From: an uncultured Planctomycetaceae bacterium
Lineage (GTDB): Bacteria > Planctomycetota > Planctomycetia > Planctomycetales > Planctomycetaceae
NCBI GenBank assembly: GCA_964386705.1
Contig: CAYLTY010000003.1
Coordinates: 14,026 to 78,025, forward strand
Direction: 5' to 3'
DNA length: 64,000 nucleotides
The notes under the pieces were generated by a model. It was given only the letters and a program-made list of their open reading frames with translations, made no database searches and was not told where the DNA came from. The translations under genes and the position numbers were made by a program. The stretch's first letter is position 1. Each line of letters begins with the position of its first letter. Shown here piece after piece: positions 58,856 to 64,000 of the stretch.

Positions 58856-59782
58856 ATGACCCCGTTCTGGCAGGGCGTATTTCCAGCAGTCACGACTCAA
58901 CTGCATTCCGACCAGTCACTGGATCTCGACTCGACCGCGAAGCACTGGGAAGCCTTGATTGCTTCCGGCGTAAGCGGCTTGGTCGTGTGCGGATCGTTGG
59001 GTGAGAATCAGACGCTGGACCCGGCCGAAAAGCGAGCGGTCGTCAAACGTGCGGTGGAAGTGGCCAAGGGGCGAGTCACGGTGCTGAGCGGCGTTGCTGA
59101 GCCGAGCACTCAACTGGCGATCCGCTACGTGAAGGACGTCACGGCACTCGGGGCCGACGGCGTCATGCTGATGCCGGCGATGAACTACAAGGCTGACCCG
59201 CGCGAGATCGTGACTCACTTCAAGGCCGTAGCGACGAACACGTCGCTGCCGATCATGATCTACAACAACCCGATCGCTTACGCGAACGACATCACGCCCG
59301 CGCTCTTTGCTGAACTGTCCGACGTGAAGAGCTTCGTGGCGCTCAAGGAAAGCTCCGGCGATCCGCGACGCATCACCGACCTGCACAACGCGGTCGGTGG
59401 ACGTTACGCGCTCTTCACCGGCGTCGACGATCTGGTCGTGGAATCTTCAGTGCTCGGAATCGATGGCTGGGTCGCCGGAGCAGGTATCGCGTTCCCGTTC
59501 GAGAATCAGTACCTGTGGGAACTGACTCGCGCCGGAAACTGGGAAGCCGTACGAAAGCTGTATCGCTGGTTCACTCCGTTGATGCACCTCGACACGCACA
59601 TCAAGTTCGTGCAGTACATCAAGCTGGCCGTGCAGGAATGTGGCCTGGGTGCCGAATGGGTGCGTTCGCCGCGACTGACGCTCGCCGGTGCCGAACGCGA
59701 AGCGATCCTGAAGGTCATTCACGACGCGATTAACAATCGTCCGCAGATTCCGGCGAGCTGGAAGCCCGGCACGTGGAAGTGA
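58856..59782 (+). CDS. Dihydrodipicolinate synthase / N-acetylneuraminate lyase family (class I aldolase)
   Basis: FPAVTTQLHSDQSLDLDS...GVSGLVVCGSLGENQTLDPAEK...IMIYNNPIAY...FVALKESSGD. Confidence 0.85.
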   Translation: MTPFWQGVFPAVTTQLHSDQSLDLDSTAKHWEALIASGVSGLVVCGSLGENQTLDPAEKRAVVKRAVEVAKGRVTVLSGVAEPSTQLAIRYVKDVTALGADGVMLMPAMNYKADPREIVTHFKAVATNTSLPIMIYNNPIAYANDITPALFAELSDVKSFVALKESSGDPRRITDLHNAVGGRYALFTGVDDLVVESSVLGIDGWVAGAGIAFPFENQYLWELTRAGNWEAVRKLYRWFTPLMHLDTHIKFVQYIKLAVQECGLGAEWVRSPRLTLAGAEREAILKVIHDAINNRPQIPASWKPGTWK

Positions 59783-59914
59783 TGCGCGCAGCGATTCGCG
59801 TCGCGTGAGTGGAGAACGCGGCATGGAGGTCTCTATAAATCGGCAAGTAGCCCGGACGAGGCGTCCAGGCAAGGGCTATTGCGGCGACACTTTGAAGGTC
59901 TTTAGGAATCTTGC

Positions 59915-60520
<606 letters not shown>

Positions 60521-60573
60521 GTCGACAGGACGTCGACTCGCAGGGCCAAGACTTGGACAAAGGAGTGTCTGTG

Positions 60574-61269
60574 ATGTCTCTGTCTCGACGCGGATTCATG
60601 GCCGCTGGTGCTGCCGCAGCGATCACTGTTCCCACCACTCTGGCCCTGGCGGCCGACCCGGTGAAACCAGCTCCGACCTCCGCAGGTCCTGCTGCCGCCG
60701 CACCTGCCGTGGCCGGTCAGCTCACCGAAGATTCACTCGGCAACCTGCTCAAAGCGATGGGTTTGAAGCCGGAGAAAACTGAGCAGCGGTACGACTTCAC
60801 GTTCCGCTCGGTTTACAACAAGGAAGACTGGGACCTGTCGATGACCGCTGTGCTCAGCGCAGACAGCAAGTCCATCTGGATCATGGCGTGGCTCGATGAG
60901 CTGCCAAAGTCCGCTCTGGATACGCCCCGCACGGCGCTATTGCGTCTGCTGGCCGCGAACGACCGTCTGGGTAATGGAAAATTCTTTGCATACGTCGCGA
61001 CGAATCGCCGCTTCGTGTTGCAACGCATTTTCGCGAACGAAGGCATCTCGACGAAGATGTTCCGCGACGCGCTGCAGGATCTCGGTACGAGCGTCTGCGA
61101 AACCTATCCGTACTGGTCCGTCGCCAACTGGAGTTCGGAGAAGCCAGCTTCAGCGAATACCGCTCAGAAGTCTGACGAAGGCGTGCCCGCCAGCCAGACC
61201 GGTCTGCAAGGTGCCGGCAAGGCTCCAACCAAGACTGCTGCTGGTGACAAAGCTTCGTCCACGAAGTAG
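60574..61269 (+). CDS. Tat-signal exported protein with YbjN/T3SS-chaperone-like core and Ser/Ala/Lys-rich tail
   Basis: AAAGGAG lies upstream of the ATG at 60574. Twin-arginine motif MSLSRRGFMAAGAAAAITVPTTLALA. The core (DSLGNLLKAMGLKPEKTEQRYDFTF...WIMAWLDELP...ALLRLLAANDRL) is only tentatively YbjN-like. Confidence 0.55.
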   Translation: MSLSRRGFMAAGAAAAITVPTTLALAADPVKPAPTSAGPAAAAPAVAGQLTEDSLGNLLKAMGLKPEKTEQRYDFTFRSVYNKEDWDLSMTAVLSADSKSIWIMAWLDELPKSALDTPRTALLRLLAANDRLGNGKFFAYVATNRRFVLQRIFANEGISTKMFRDALQDLGTSVCETYPYWSVANWSSEKPASANTAQKSDEGVPASQTGLQGAGKAPTKTAAGDKASSTK

Positions 61270-61296
61270 TCAGGCAGCGTGATCACAAAACAAGAA

Positions 61297-61331
61297 GGGC
61301 GTCAGAGAGAGGTCTCTCTGACGCCCTTTTT
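61297..61331. terminator. Rho-independent-type terminator between convergent genes
   Basis: GGGCGTCAGAGAGA-GG-TCTCTCTGACGCCC followed by TTTTT, with an A-rich run upstream. Confidence 0.8.
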
Positions 61332-61369
61332 CGTTGCAAAGTTCAATCAGCCGCGGGCCGCTGCCCGAA

Positions 61370-63418
61370 TCAATTCTGATTCGGCATCGGGTTTGGATTC
61401 GGAGGCGGGAAGACACCGGGAAGCCCCGGGAAACCACCCGGACCTCCGGGAAGCGGCATTGAGGACGCCGCTTCGGTCAGCTCTTTGATGATGTCGCTGG
61501 TCAGCTTGATCGAGACCACAAAGACTTCTTTGCGTGCAGAGCCTTTGATCGATTTCAGGACATTGCCTGCCGCGCTGCCCAGCTTCGGAGGCATGCTGCC
61601 TTTGAAGAGTTCAAAGAGTGGCGTGACTTCCTTAATGACGTCGCCAAACGCCTTGCTGGCTTCCGTTGCAGTGGCGGCGTCACTGACCAGCACGGCCGTT
61701 TCGATGTCGATCCCTTGAGTCACGTGCAGGCTGATCGCAACAGCTTGCTGCTTGCCTTCCAGGATGTTCTGCAGCTTCTGAATTCCGGGAGTTGAGAAGC
61801 CCGGCGCCCCGGCTGCTTGTGGCGGTTTCTGATTGAGCAAGGCAGGATCCTGCGGTGCAACCGCCACCACAAAGTGCTTGCTGCCGTCCGCGAAGCTGAA
61901 GCGGGGCGAGAGGTCATCGCTTTGGTCAGCACGATCCAGCACGGCCTTCACGGCGGCGTCATCGGCGACCACCAGAGTCCGCGGATCAGCGACATAGAGG
62001 CACGGATCTTTACCCGACGAGTCAGTCGCTCGGTAATAGGACTTACCTTGATGGTCCACCTTTTCGTACTTACCGGTGGCTTCAATAACCTCAGGCTTAA
62101 AGTCGACTTTGGTACGGACCACAACCGTGAATCCATTCACTTTCGGTGGCGCGCCTGGCGGTGGGGGGGCAACAGACGGAGTTCCCGCAGCGGCCGGCGG
62201 TGGTGGCGCTCCGGGAATCTTGATGGACGAGAGATCCAGGTCGATGCCTGCCGTGACGGATTCAACGTCATCCGGCGTAAGACCAGTCGCGGCCTTCATC
62301 TCGTCTAGACCTTGAACGACCTGAGGCTGCGCTTTCAGTGGGGCGACTAGCGGAGCTTTCCACAGGTCGGCGATGCGGGCGTAAACCACAACCTGCGTGT
62401 TGGCTGGCAAGTAGGTCAGTTTCAGAGGGCTGCTTGCTCGCGAGCCAGACACAGCCGCTGTCGAACCTGTCGTGGCCGACGGAGTGGCCGAATCTGGATC
62501 TGGTGCCTTCGGTACCACCTTGGGAGCGCGCGATGGCGTCGCCCCACCAGTCACCCGGCGGGCCGCTCGCGGCTTGAGTGCCGGCGCCGAGTCATCGCTG
62601 GGCTTTGAAAAGCTCGGCAAGCCAGACTGCACAGAAGCGGGATCAGCGTTGATTCGACTTTCGACCAGCGACGCCACGAGTTCTTTGCGGGCGAGCCGTT
62701 CTTCCTCGCGAATCACGGCCAGCATTTCGCTGCGATGAGACTCCAACACTTCGCGAGCTTTGCCCTGCACTCGCAACAGGGCGCGATCGACATCAATGCG
62801 ATTTCCGGGCGCGGTCTCGAGGTCCACTGCCTGTTCGAAATCCAATACCGCATCATCCGCCTGGCCGAGTTCATGCTGGGCCAGACCGCGGAAGTAATAA
62901 ACTCGAGGATCCGGCAGATCGGCTTCGGCGATCGCATCCAGCTTGCTCTTGGCCGCGGCAAATCGACCCGCGAAGTAGTCTTCGATCGCCAGCGTGAGGT
63001 CGCTCTTCAGCGCCTTCTCTTTCAGGTGGTTGCCACCCTCCTTGGCGAGAGCCTGCTTGGCTGCACGCCGGGATGATTCAATTTCAACACGCACCGGGCC
63101 CTGAACTCGCTCTAAGGCCTTGCCGATATCAACTCGGCTGCGGCCTGAAGCTTCCAGTTCGGCACCAGCTTTGAAGTCCGCCGCGGCGGCGTCGGCCTTG
63201 CCTTGAGCATGCGCCGCCAAGCCTCGGAAATAATAGACGCGAGGGTCAGACGTCTGCTTGTCGACCAATTCACTGAACAACTCGGTGGCGGTTTCATAGT
63301 CGCGAGCGTAGTAAGCTGAGACGGCGTCGCCGTACATATCCGCCGGGGCCGCAGCGGCGAGACCGCATGCGAGGCCGCACGCTGCGGCAAAAATGAAGAA
63401 TCGTTTGAGGGAAAGCAT
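61370..63418 (-). CDS. Secreted TPR-repeat protein with Pro-rich linker and large C-terminal domain of unknown function
   Basis: ATG at 63418 (MLSLKRFFIFAAACGLACGLAAAAP). Repeated units YFRGLAAHAQGKADAAAADFKAGAELE and YFRGLAQHELGQADDAVLDFEQAVDLE. The tail is PGGPGGFPGLPGVFPPPNPNP. Confidence 0.75.
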   Translation of the reverse strand: MLSLKRFFIFAAACGLACGLAAAAPADMYGDAVSAYYARDYETATELFSELVDKQTSDPRVYYFRGLAAHAQGKADAAAADFKAGAELEASGRSRVDIGKALERVQGPVRVEIESSRRAAKQALAKEGGNHLKEKALKSDLTLAIEDYFAGRFAAAKSKLDAIAEADLPDPRVYYFRGLAQHELGQADDAVLDFEQAVDLETAPGNRIDVDRALLRVQGKAREVLESHRSEMLAVIREEERLARKELVASLVESRINADPASVQSGLPSFSKPSDDSAPALKPRAARRVTGGATPSRAPKVVPKAPDPDSATPSATTGSTAAVSGSRASSPLKLTYLPANTQVVVYARIADLWKAPLVAPLKAQPQVVQGLDEMKAATGLTPDDVESVTAGIDLDLSSIKIPGAPPPPAAAGTPSVAPPPPGAPPKVNGFTVVVRTKVDFKPEVIEATGKYEKVDHQGKSYYRATDSSGKDPCLYVADPRTLVVADDAAVKAVLDRADQSDDLSPRFSFADGSKHFVVAVAPQDPALLNQKPPQAAGAPGFSTPGIQKLQNILEGKQQAVAISLHVTQGIDIETAVLVSDAATATEASKAFGDVIKEVTPLFELFKGSMPPKLGSAAGNVLKSIKGSARKEVFVVSIKLTSDIIKELTEAASSMPLPGGPGGFPGLPGVFPPPNPNPMPNQN

Positions 63419-63742
63419 CTCGCTGCTCCTGGCAACTGCAAACTTAAACGGCGGACGGGCGACGCAATCGGGGCAATCACCCGTCATGTATAGACACGGC
63501 TGGATCACAACTCCAGCAGCGAGTTGGATCGCGGCTCAAGAGCGGCCAAGTTCCTAACGAACACGCCAGACTCAGCGATCAAGGAACCCAGCGAAGTTGT
63601 GCGGGCAATTCCGACCTTAACAGTGCACGGGCGGTGCTCCGGACGAGGCACACCGAACACGTTTTGAAATGGCATAGCTCGTCGGGTGAGATCCAATCTA
63701 TGGTGCGTCTTTCACTGCAAAAAAGCTGGTGTGGAGCACGCA

Positions 63743-64000
63743 ATGGATCAAGAACCACAATGCGAAACGGCGCCAGCCGGACGTCTGAATCGCAGACGAT
63801 TGCTGAAGCAACTCGGTCTTGGATTGGCTGGCCTCGGATTAGGCGGAGCTGGCTATGTGGTGGGTGTCGAACCGCACTGGGCCGACTTTCATGAACGGAC
63901 GATGCCGCTGAGAAATCTGCCAAAGCAGCTGGTTGGCAAAACAATCGTCCAACTGAGCGATCTGCACATCGGGCCGATTGTCGCTGATGACTATCTACGA
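63743..64000 (+). CDS. Tat-signal metallophosphoesterase, N-terminal part (continues past the window end)
   Basis: MDQEPQCETAPAGRLNRRRLLKQLGLGLAGLGLGGAG...GKTIVQLSDLHIGPIVADDYL. It has an RR motif and the DxH metallophosphatase motif I. Confidence 0.7.
   Translation, partial: MDQEPQCETAPAGRLNRRRLLKQLGLGLAGLGLGGAGYVVGVEPHWADFHERTMPLRNLPKQLVGKTIVQLSDLHIGPIVADDYLR

Noticed and set aside
58744-59004. 86-codon plus-strand ORF
   Set aside because: It starts inside the palindromic element and overlaps the dapA-family gene out of frame. It has no motif.

Overview
This 64-kb chromosomal window is most consistent with a Planctomycetota genome. The taxonomic clues are three DUF1559 modules with prepilin-type N-termini (GFTLIELLVVIAII..LLLPAVQQAREAARR), PSCyt/WD40 and SGDH-cytochrome fusions, and many secreted hypothetical proteins. 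I call about 47 protein genes, one tRNA-Cys(GCA) and several intergenic hairpins. I saw no rRNA, CRISPR array, transposase or integrase.

Layout:
- 0-8.8 kb: chemosensory cluster. cheB, a soluble triple-PAS MCP, cheW and a cheA-REC hybrid sit on the minus strand, with a divergent cheX plus Hpt-REC pair.
- 8.8-28 kb: mostly housekeeping and planctomycete-typical genes (DUF1559 plus lipoprotein, TPR plus recD, accBC, M20 deacylase, CdaZ/DacZ-like diadenylate cyclase, xseB, WD40/cytochrome).
- About 28.6-39.5 kb: a mosaic, visibly lower-GC accessory stretch.
- 39.8-64 kb: rbfA, rpsA, an outer-membrane factor, an M28 peptidase, tRNA-Cys, hisI, a DapA-family gene and others.

Most interesting candidates, none proven and all needing searches I cannot run:
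1. The XRE-HTH::Nudix-like plus Nudix-like gene pair at 31.2-32.9 kb.
2. The PUA-like::HNH putative modification-dependent nuclease at 35.9-36.9 kb.
3. A DEDDh exonuclease flanked by two anciently duplicated CxxCH membrane-protein paralogs at 51.2-54.4 kb.
4. A DUF1559 domain without its prepilin leader, fused behind a 590-aa secreted domain.
5. The CheA-REC to Hpt-REC phosphorelay wiring.
6. A 74-nt three-way-junction palindromic element at 58.74 kb.

All function calls come from reading motifs in the translated ORFs by eye. No database search was run.
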